DNA of 62,086 bases from the sequence record SRR31156797_9682; one strand, written 5' to 3'. The notes below the pieces were generated by a model that did no database searches, was not told the origin of the DNA, and saw only the letters and a program-made list of their open reading frames with translations. Shown here one piece after another: positions 49,276-57,577 of this stretch. The position numbers and the translations under genes are program-made. Within the stretch, counting starts at the first letter, position 1. Every line of letters starts with the position of its first letter.

Positions 49276-51618
49276 ATGTTGACTCGTAATAAAATGTCCC
49301 CCAAGATATCCAAAGATCCGGAAAACCACAAACCGCCGACCTTTAAGCTAGGGTTGATTCTCTTTGGCATTGCCGGTGTCATCCTGGCCTGGGGGGTGAC
49401 CTTCCACCAACTCGACAAATCCAGGACTACCCTGCTTGGCAGACTGGACAGGGAACAGAAAAACCTAAGCAGCGTTCTGGCAGAGAGTTTTTTTCAGATC
49501 CTTGATCAGCAAAAGGCCATTAAACAAGTTGCCATCAATAGACTCAAAGGCAGCAGTCGTTCCCTCATCGATATCGAGGGATATTTTTACAGTGAACGCG
49601 TTTTTAGCCGAATTGTTTTTCTTGATGCTTCCGGAAAGGTGCTTTACCGGTCGTCTCCATTACAATGGGAAAAGCATGCTGCGCATGAGAATATAAGCAA
49701 GCAAATTGCGCTGGCATTAACAACAGGAGATATACTTATTTACAAATCCCCCCAAACTCCCGACGTCCCATGGCACATCTCTATGTTGTTCCCAATCAAG
49801 AACGGCAAGACCGAGGGTGCAATGCTTCTGGAGCTCGACATCGGCTACATCCTTAGCATTATCCAAGGAATAGATATCGGTAAATCTGGTGAAATTGTAA
49901 TCGGAGACAACAAGGGGAAAAGTCTGGCAGTTTTTGAAAGCGGTGGGCTTTCAATCAAAAAAAACGTGTACCAGGTATCGCTCCCCTCATTGTTGGAAGA
50001 TTTTTCAGGTTCCGGAGTCTTCAACTACCCAGGTCAAGGGGAACGGCAGTTTGCATTTACCCGGGTCAGAGACTATCCGGTAATCATATCGATCAGCCAG
50101 GAAACGGATGATTTCCTGTACTATTTTTACCAACAAAAAACAAAATCGATCTGGGCCCTGCTCATTCTGACCTGCTTTTATCTTGCTGCGATCTATCTTT
50201 TACTGAAAATGGAAAGCCGCAAGCATAAATACCTTAACGCACTATCCTCCTCCTACACCAAAAACAAGGAACTGGTTGAAAAACTGGAACAAAAGCACAA
50301 GGCATCGGTCAAAGAAGCATCCATAGATCCTTTGACCGGACTGTACAACCGTCGACTTTTAGAATATTTGGTAGAAAAACAACTTGCTTCAGCCAAACGC
50401 AAAAAATATATTAATGCTTTGATTTTTATAGACTTGGATCGTTTTAAAAACATTAATGATACGCTTGGTCATCGCGTAGGGGACCTCCTGCTGGTCAACG
50501 TTGCAAAGCGGTTGACAGAATGCACCAGAAAGTCAGACATTGTTGCAAGATTTGGTGGGGATGAATTTGTTATCTTCTTATCCGAAATATCTCGTGATCA
50601 AAATATTATACCCATTCTAGATAAGATCGTAACCGAAGTATCAATGCCCTACGAAGACCTTGACGGTCACAGTGTTAACACCACTCCCAGTATTGGTGTA
50701 GCAATATACCCTAGGGATGGTGAGGATATGGAGTCACTGCTCATCAGTGCTGATGCAGCGATGTACAAATCAAAAAAATCAGGCAGAGGGAAATATAGTT
50801 TCTTTGACACGAGTCTCAATAAAGTTTCCATCAAAAAAAATGAGATTGAGCAGAGAATGCCACGCGCCCTGCGTGATAATCAGTTTGTGCTTCACTATCA
50901 GCCAAAGGTCAATCTTGGAGATTTTCGCGTAACAGGGTTGGAAGCACTCATTCGTTGGCAACTGCCGGACCACCAGTTGATTTACCCAAATGACTTCATC
51001 GAAATAGCCGAAAGCGCCGGACTGATTATGGGACTTGGCTCTTGGGTCCTGAAAAACGTCTGTAGCCAGCTGCTTGAATGGCAGAATCAGGGTCTGCAAC
51101 TCGTCCCTGTCGCTTTAAATGTCTCATCACTAGAACTGCAACATGCAGATTATGCCGAACGATTTATTGCGGACTTGGATAAAAATAGAATTTCACCCAA
51201 ATTCCTCGAAATTGAGATAATCGAAAGTGCTCTCATCGAAGAGAAAGATAGAGTAATAAAAAACCTGTGCACCCTTTCAAACCATGGAGTGCAGATTGCA
51301 CTGGATGACTATGGCACAGGGGTCTCCTCACTCAAAAAGATTCGAACGTTTCCTATACATTCTTTAAAAATTGACCGCAGCTTCATCCGGGAAATCCGAA
51401 ACACCTATTCCGATCCCCCCATCGTTCATTCAACCATCACTCTCGCGAAAAAGCTTGGCCTGGTCATTGTTGCTGAAGGAGTTGAAACACATGAACAGGT
51501 CGTTAACCTCAAGGTTGCCGGGTGTGATCAGGTACAAGGATACTACTTCAGCCGTCCGGTAAACCGAGATAAAATTCGAGATTTCCTTGCTTCCCCCATA
51601 CGGAGTTTGTCAGCATGA
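49276..51618 (+). CDS. membrane-bound diguanylate cyclase/phosphodiesterase (periplasmic Cache-like sensor, GGDEF, EAL)
   Basis: Two TMs flank a ~250-aa periplasmic region. DPLTGLYNRR, IDLDRFKNINDTLGH, RKSD-x5-GGDEF; EALIRW, DDYGTG, LKIDRSF, AEGVE, QGY. Confidence 0.93.
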   Translation: MLTRNKMSPKISKDPENHKPPTFKLGLILFGIAGVILAWGVTFHQLDKSRTTLLGRLDREQKNLSSVLAESFFQILDQQKAIKQVAINRLKGSSRSLIDIEGYFYSERVFSRIVFLDASGKVLYRSSPLQWEKHAAHENISKQIALALTTGDILIYKSPQTPDVPWHISMLFPIKNGKTEGAMLLELDIGYILSIIQGIDIGKSGEIVIGDNKGKSLAVFESGGLSIKKNVYQVSLPSLLEDFSGSGVFNYPGQGERQFAFTRVRDYPVIISISQETDDFLYYFYQQKTKSIWALLILTCFYLAAIYLLLKMESRKHKYLNALSSSYTKNKELVEKLEQKHKASVKEASIDPLTGLYNRRLLEYLVEKQLASAKRKKYINALIFIDLDRFKNINDTLGHRVGDLLLVNVAKRLTECTRKSDIVARFGGDEFVIFLSEISRDQNIIPILDKIVTEVSMPYEDLDGHSVNTTPSIGVAIYPRDGEDMESLLISADAAMYKSKKSGRGKYSFFDTSLNKVSIKKNEIEQRMPRALRDNQFVLHYQPKVNLGDFRVTGLEALIRWQLPDHQLIYPNDFIEIAESAGLIMGLGSWVLKNVCSQLLEWQNQGLQLVPVALNVSSLELQHADYAERFIADLDKNRISPKFLEIEIIESALIEEKDRVIKNLCTLSNHGVQIALDDYGTGVSSLKKIRTFPIHSLKIDRSFIREIRNTYSDPPIVHSTITLAKKLGLVIVAEGVETHEQVVNLKVAGCDQVQGYYFSRPVNRDKIRDFLASPIRSLSA

Positions 51619-52526
51619 AGTCATTACCAACGATTTTGGTAAACCTTGTACTTCTATCTCTCGTTGTATTCGCCCTTGCACATGTCACAACAGCCGGCGA
51701 AGGCAACGAAAAAGCCCCCCTCTACTTTTCCTTGATTCCTAAAAAAAATGTGGATAAACAGATTTCCGAGCTCCAGCCCCTTCTTCGGTTTCTTGAGAAA
51801 GGACTTGATAGGCCCATTCAGGTAATCCGCCCACAATCCTATCATACTGTCATCGAAGGTATCCTCTCCGAAAGAATCGATTTCGCCATCCTGGGACCAG
51901 CTTCTTACGGCAAGACAAAAGAAAAAGACAAACGTGTTGAACCTTTTGCCTCTTTTGCATCTCAGCAAGGGTTGCTTACTCCGCAAGGGAGCTTTTACTA
52001 CTCTGTGTTATTCGCACTGAAGGACTCTGGCTACACCACTGCAAGCCAGCTCAAAGGAAAAAAAGTAGCTCTTACCGACCCGGAATCGACTTCTGGCGCC
52101 ATCATTCCAAGCATTTATTTTTCAAGAGATATCGAATTTGTTTTCTCCAATTTCTTCAGCTCCAGGGTTTACACCGGCTCTCATGATAGATCTATCAGTG
52201 CGGTCAAAAGGGAACTCGTCGATGCCGCATTTGTCTCTTCCGTCAGCGTTGACGAGGCTATCCACAAAGGGCTTATTGATAAGAAACAAGTAGCAATCTT
52301 ATGGAAATCAGAGCCAATCCATTATGACCCTTTTGTTTTTCGTGGTGGTCTGGACACATCCATAAAAGAAAAAATCAAGAGGCTCATGCTGTCTTCGTCT
52401 CCTGAACTTCAACCCATGTTCACCAAGACGAAAATGCTCGGGATTGTAGAAGTCGATGACGAAGACTATAAAGCCATACATGAAATCATTGCCATCCGGA
52501 AAGCACAAGAAAAACCACTGGATTGA
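51615..52526 (+). CDS. PhnD/PtxB-family phosphate/phosphite/phosphonate substrate-binding protein, orphan
   Basis: Signal peptide; GPASY, YYSVL, TDPESTSG, TGSHDRS and DAAF motifs; ATGA overlap with the upstream GGDEF-EAL gene. Confidence 0.9.
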   Translation: MKSLPTILVNLVLLSLVVFALAHVTTAGEGNEKAPLYFSLIPKKNVDKQISELQPLLRFLEKGLDRPIQVIRPQSYHTVIEGILSERIDFAILGPASYGKTKEKDKRVEPFASFASQQGLLTPQGSFYYSVLFALKDSGYTTASQLKGKKVALTDPESTSGAIIPSIYFSRDIEFVFSNFFSSRVYTGSHDRSISAVKRELVDAAFVSSVSVDEAIHKGLIDKKQVAILWKSEPIHYDPFVFRGGLDTSIKEKIKRLMLSSSPELQPMFTKTKMLGIVEVDDEDYKAIHEIIAIRKAQEKPLD

Positions 52527-52935
52527 CACTCTTCAGTTGTTGAACAAGCCTAGTGTTTCCACTTCAACTAAAAGCGCTGGTATGATTTTTTCCGTCCCCT
52601 TGGTTGGCTCTGAAAAAGATCCTTGAACGTAACTCTAAATGTTATCAAGAATATTGGCTGTATTAACTCTTGTCGGGTGAAGTACGCTAAAATAACCACT
52701 ATTTACATTCAGTGAATTCTCTATAAAACCTAATCGCTACAAATATGTTTTTGTTGTTGAATCGATGTGTCACACTGTAACACTATCCTAACCCTTCCCT
52801 ATAAATTCAAAAACATCTGTTTTGTATGTTTTCACCCTCCTCGGAATCGAGGTGTGGTTGATTATAAAATTTCAAGAAACATATATTAAGCACTATGGTC
52901 ATGAATTATCTACAAATACAGGGAGGGATGCTCCC

Positions 52936-53103
52936 TTGAAGCGATTTGAACCAAGTATTTTACAGGAAGCGTCTGATTTGTACCAAGAAATCACAGCAAG
53001 CGGGACATTCAACATCTCATGGGACCAGTTCTTTTTTTTCTGGTTGCAATCCCATCGCAGTACACCATCATCAGAAAAAGATAACTCCCGGAAATTTAAG
53101 TGA
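52936..53103 (+). CDS. hypothetical small protein (55 aa)
   Basis: GGGAGG RBS upstream of TTG at 52936, inside track ORF 52822-53103; no recognisable motif. Confidence 0.3.
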   Translation: MKRFEPSILQEASDLYQEITASGTFNISWDQFFFFWLQSHRSTPSSEKDNSRKFK

Positions 53104-53246
53104 TGGCCTGCAGTCATGACCACCGGCACAGCCGGTGGCTTGCATAGCGCCCTATAAGGGCACTCGATACCTGTCACCCCTTAAGGGACTATCCGTGCTT
53201 TTATCAGGCAGCTGATATATAGCCAAACCCATTTATTTAAAAATAC

Positions 53247-53428
53247 GTAACTCACAGGCACCCCACGGAGTCTCCCGCTGGTCGTTTACCTCTTCGGACG
53301 GTCACGATCTCCCGCATAAATAGGCTACCGGAGTCTGCGCTTACCTACGGAAAATCGAGCCTTTCCAAATATGAGTACAGATTTCAAGGATAATAAATCA
53401 AGGGGTTACCCCCCATGTGAGTAGCTAC
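53247..53428. repeat. MITE/REP-like element, copy 1
   Basis: Imperfect terminal inverted repeats gtaactcaca / tgtgagtagctac. Contains cggagtctgcgcttacct (53329-53346), the exact reverse complement of 55926-55943. Confidence 0.6.
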
Positions 53429-53437
53429 CGAATCGGT

Positions 53438-55633
53438 TTATTTCTTTTTCTTTATCATCTTCTTGCTTTTCTTCATGGTTAACTCCTTGCGCCCCATAGC
53501 CTGCCGTTTCTCAGCAGCCTTAATCTGATGGTCAAAGGAAGAAACACCTTCCTCAGCTTTCTGTGGACTGCGTTGGATGTATTCACCGCTTTCCCTCATC
53601 TCCCAACAATTGCGTTTGTCTCCAAGCTGAGTGTCGAGCATTTCTCTTAACAGTGACTGCAGGCGAGGCGACTCCACAGGGATACACACCTCAACCCGGC
53701 TTTCAAGATTACGTTTCATCAGATCTGCAGAACCAATGTAGTATTCATCATTGCCGTTATTGTGAAAATAAAACACCCTTGTGTGTTCCAGGAAACGACC
53801 GACAATGGAGAGGACCCGGATGTTATCAGAAAGACCGGGGATACCCGGACGGAGCCTGCAGGTATCGCGCACGATAAGATCAATTGATACACCGGCCTGC
53901 GAAGCCCTGTACAAAGCGGCGGTAATGGCCTTATCCTCAAGGGCGTTGGTCTTGAGCTGGATCAGGGCCGATAGTCCCTTCTTCTTGTGCTCGATTTCGC
54001 GCTCGATCTTTTTGAGCAGTCCATTTTTAAGCAGTTTCGGAGAGGGAAGCAGTTTTTTATATTTTCGGATGGGTGTGTATCCAGTTGTGAGGTAATTGAA
54101 AAGTTCTGTTAAGTCTCCTCCGATTTCTGGATCACAGGTCAGCAAGCCCAGATCGCAGTATCCCCGTGCCGTTCCGGAATGATAGTTTCCCGTACCGATA
54201 TGAGCGTACCTCTTGAGTCCGTTGTAATCCTTTCGGATCACAAAGATAACCTTGGAATGGGTCTTGAGGCCTACGACACCATAGGTGACGTGGATGCCCA
54301 CTTCTTCCAGGGACCTGGCCCAGCGAATGTTGGCCGATTCGTCGAACCTGGCCTGCAACTCAACCACCACTGCGACCTGCTTACCGTTTTGTGCCGCATC
54401 AATCAGATGCTGGATGACCTTGGAATCATCTGCAGTTCTGTACAAGGTCATCTTGATCGCCAACACCTTAGGGTCAATGCTTGCCTCATGGAGAAAACGT
54501 TCCACCGAGGTACCAAATGACTCATATGGGTGCTGAAGGAGAATGGAACCGTGGTTACGGATTACATGGAAAGTATTACGGTCTTTATCCTGCAAGTCCG
54601 AATTGTCAACCGGTTGGTGGGATGGGTAATGTAAATCGGGCCGATCCAGCTTGGCTATCTGGAGCAGGTCCTTCTTGGCCATGATACCGGTGACCTCAAA
54701 CAGATCCTTGTCTTCATCAATGCCCAGTTCGTTGGCAAGCATACCTCGATGTGGTTCTGCCATGCATGAACCTACCTCCAAACGAACTATTTCCGCAAAT
54801 TTTCTGTCCCGCAAAGCTGACTCTATCACCGAGAGGAGGTCATTTGCCTGCTCCTGACCCTTTTCGGTGATGGCGTTCCTGGTGACCCGAAAAATTTCGC
54901 ACGATTCAATTACCATTTCGGGAAAAAGGTGCTCCAGGTTGTTAGCAATGATCTCCTCAACCGGAACATAAAGATCCTGCCCGTTGAGCTTTGTAAAACG
55001 AGATATATCCCCGGCATTGACAGGAACCTTTATCCTGTTGAAATAACAGTGTTCGCTGTCTGGATAACGTACCGCCACCAGCAGGTTGATGGAAAGGTTG
55101 GAAATGAAGGGAAAGGGATGTGCGGGATCAACTCCCTGGGGGGTCAGGAGCGGGAAGACTTCATTAAAGAAAAAATCATCTGCAATTTGCTGGTTCTCTT
55201 TGTCCAACTCGTTGTAACTGGTAATCCTTATGCCATTTTCCTCTAGCAGGTTCAGCAATTCACCCTCAAGTGCCTGCAGGGTTTGGAGAAGATCTTTTAC
55301 CTTGAGCTGACAATCGTCGATCTGCTGCTGGGGAGTTCGACCATCCAACGAGAGCTTTTTTACTCCGGCACCAACCTGCTGCTTGAGTCCGCCTATTCGC
55401 TTCATGAAAAACTCATCAAAATTTGAACCGACCACAGCCATAAAAAAGAGTCTCTCCAAGAGAGGATTGCGATCATCCTGCCCTTCATGGAGAACACGGC
55501 GATTGAACTCCAGCCAGGTTAATTCGCGATTGAGATACCATTCAGGGGAATCGAGATCAAAATCCCGCTGGAGTGTTTCTTCCTTTTCAGTGGGAATGTC
55601 GGATGTAATGACAGGTTGCGTGCTTTTATCCAT
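53438..55633 (-). CDS. ppk1: polyphosphate kinase 1
   Basis: YLNRELTWLEFNRRVL, HPFPFISN, HPYESF, IKMTLYR, ARFDE, LKTHSK, GTGNY, SIVGRFLEH and GSADLMKRNL motifs. Confidence 0.97.
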   Translation of the reverse strand: MDKSTQPVITSDIPTEKEETLQRDFDLDSPEWYLNRELTWLEFNRRVLHEGQDDRNPLLERLFFMAVVGSNFDEFFMKRIGGLKQQVGAGVKKLSLDGRTPQQQIDDCQLKVKDLLQTLQALEGELLNLLEENGIRITSYNELDKENQQIADDFFFNEVFPLLTPQGVDPAHPFPFISNLSINLLVAVRYPDSEHCYFNRIKVPVNAGDISRFTKLNGQDLYVPVEEIIANNLEHLFPEMVIESCEIFRVTRNAITEKGQEQANDLLSVIESALRDRKFAEIVRLEVGSCMAEPHRGMLANELGIDEDKDLFEVTGIMAKKDLLQIAKLDRPDLHYPSHQPVDNSDLQDKDRNTFHVIRNHGSILLQHPYESFGTSVERFLHEASIDPKVLAIKMTLYRTADDSKVIQHLIDAAQNGKQVAVVVELQARFDESANIRWARSLEEVGIHVTYGVVGLKTHSKVIFVIRKDYNGLKRYAHIGTGNYHSGTARGYCDLGLLTCDPEIGGDLTELFNYLTTGYTPIRKYKKLLPSPKLLKNGLLKKIEREIEHKKKGLSALIQLKTNALEDKAITAALYRASQAGVSIDLIVRDTCRLRPGIPGLSDNIRVLSIVGRFLEHTRVFYFHNNGNDEYYIGSADLMKRNLESRVEVCIPVESPRLQSLLREMLDTQLGDKRNCWEMRESGEYIQRSPQKAEEGVSSFDHQIKAAEKRQAMGRKELTMKKSKKMIKKKK

Positions 55634-55840
55634 AGGGTATATGTTCCTGCTGAATTATTTTGAAGTGAAGCTGACTGGAAATACTGCTTATCATTATTCC
55701 ACACCTCTATGATGCTACCAGTGAAATATTTTGTTTTGGTTAGAGACGGAAATATTTTGGTGGATATGACCCTACAGCCGATTATGCGAAATTGGTAATC
55801 GTTTACCGGAGCATAATAGGTAATTATATAATTCGGCTCA

Positions 55841-55965
55841 GTAACCGTTCAACAAATGCTCCAGGTTCGTTCAAGCAGGCCTCCGAGCTATAGTTAGCTA
55901 TGCGAGTGGGCCTGATCGGACGAAAAGGTAAGCGCAGACTCCGTGGTGTGCTGGTGAACGGTTAC
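55841..55965. mobile_element. MITE-like element (125 bp), copy 2
   Basis: Perfect 11-bp terminal inverted repeats GTAACCGTTCA / TGAACGGTTAC, non-coding interior, internal similarity to 53247-53346. Confidence 0.7.
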
Positions 55966-56430
55966 CGAAATTGTATAACAGCCAGCCTATGTCACGGTGA
56001 AATGGATGGGATATGATTCTGTAAAGACCTGATCACTTGAAATAAACGACTTAAGAACAGGGCCGATTCGCACCAAAAAGTCGATCTACCAGGGGAGGAA
56101 TCTTTGACTATTTCGGCCTGTTAGGCAAAAGAACAATCATTGATGAATAAGATTAAAAAGAGAAGAAAACTGCACAGGGCGTCTAAACTGCCAATCACCT
56201 TTTTGTGACTGCATCCGAGAATGCTTACAGGAAGGAGTCCGTTGTGGCTTAGGCTTTATTCTACAATAAAATACCCAGCACCAACTTTTCAAAAAAGAAA
56301 ATGATTCTCAACGTTCTGGAACTCATTGAGTAGGCTGAACTCTAGGCGAGAAATTACTACAGGTAGTCGGGCAAAAGATAAACTTGAAAAATTCTCAGAT
56401 CTCCTTTTCCCTTCGCAGAGATGGAGTAAG

Positions 56431-56470
56431 AAAAAAAAGGGGGGGGGCAGCTTCGAGCCCCTCCCCTTTT
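56431..56470 (-). terminator. rho-independent terminator of the Lys-rich gene
   Basis: Minus strand reads ggggaggggc-tcgaagct-gccccccccc followed by T8. Confidence 0.85.
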
Positions 56471-56493
56471 GATACATAAATAAAGGCACGACC

Positions 56494-56655
56494 TTACTTC
56501 TTCTTGCTTTTCTTACCTTTTTTCCCTTTCTTCAATGCTTTCTTTTTTGCTTTTTTCTTCTCAATTTTCTTTTTCAGATCTTTCTTTTTTCCCTTTTTCA
56601 GATCTTTTTTCTTAGCTTTCTTTTTATCCAGCTTTTTTTTCTTGTTCTTTGCCAT
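56494..56655 (-). CDS. very lysine-rich small protein (53 aa, 34 Lys)
   Basis: GGAGGA RBS, ATG at 56655, MAKNKKKKLDKKKAKKKDLKKGKKKDLKKKIEKKKAKKKALKKGKKGKKSKKK, with its own terminator. Confidence 0.75.
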   Translation of the reverse strand: MAKNKKKKLDKKKAKKKDLKKGKKKDLKKKIEKKKAKKKALKKGKKGKKSKKK

Positions 56656-56856
56656 GTTTTCCTCCAAATAATTTTTTTCGCATCCAACATTATTGAACAC
56701 TATTTTAATATGATATTTAGTCATATTATATTACCATGACTAACAGGGACAACAGTTCCTGTCAATTATATTTTATACATTTTAGCTATATTATATAGCC
56801 AAATGGCACATAGACACCCATTCTCGCTTGAAGAGTACGGAGATTGAATAGCTTTT

Positions 56857-57174
56857 ATGACGTTTATAGAATTCAAAAAGACACTACTTGATGCGGAGAT
56901 CACCCTTCCCAAGTTCTGCAAACTGATCAAGGTTAGTGATAAAAATATCCAGTCGTATAAAAAGAAGGGCAACGTTCCTAACACAATAGCGGTTATTGTC
57001 ACCTGCTTTGCAGAGATGCACCGTCAGCAGATAGACTACCGCTCTCTTATCGAGGAACTAGGATTGAAAAAGCAAACCAAAAAAGGCGGGTTCAAAAAAA
57101 AGGTGGTTCTTGAGGCTGAACGGGAAAAACCTGAATCTGAAACCACCCCCTCGGAGAGTGAGGAAGAGAAGTAA
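56857..57174 (+). CDS. XRE-like HTH DNA-binding protein
   Basis: MTFIEFKKTLLDAEITLPKFCKLIKVSDKNIQSYKKKGNVP fits an HTH-XRE pattern; basic then acidic tail. Confidence 0.65.
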   Translation: MTFIEFKKTLLDAEITLPKFCKLIKVSDKNIQSYKKKGNVPNTIAVIVTCFAEMHRQQIDYRSLIEELGLKKQTKKGGFKKKVVLEAEREKPESETTPSESEEEK

Positions 57175-57577
57175 AATGCCGTAACTCCTGCTCAAGACTA
57201 TATAGCCTTCCAACAAACAGTAATGATTGATAAACTCTTGAGAACTGAGCGGTGCATGTCGAAAACGTAAGAATCGTCGCTTTTTGAAACTCGAATGTCT
57301 CCGATTTGCTTTTTTGCCCCTTTTTGTGTCAAAAAAATAAAGGCTGCAGGGAGAACCTTGTCCTAATCTTGATTAGTTTTCTTTCACGCAAAAGTGAAAT
57401 AAACACTCCAGACACCTTTCTCCCGTCCACAACCTCGTGCTTGACATCTGTTTAGGTTTTCAGACTTACTGTTCAGTTATTGCTGGAAAATCAATACTCA
57501 AATGACCACGGCATGCGATGACTTGATTCAATTCGCCTTTTGCTCATATACTGGAAATAAAGGAAGATACTTTTGAC

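Noticed and set aside
56494-56655. Poly-T/A tract as a sequencing artefact or microsatellite
   Set aside because: The frame is preserved with an RBS, start, stop and terminator, so it was kept as a CDS instead.
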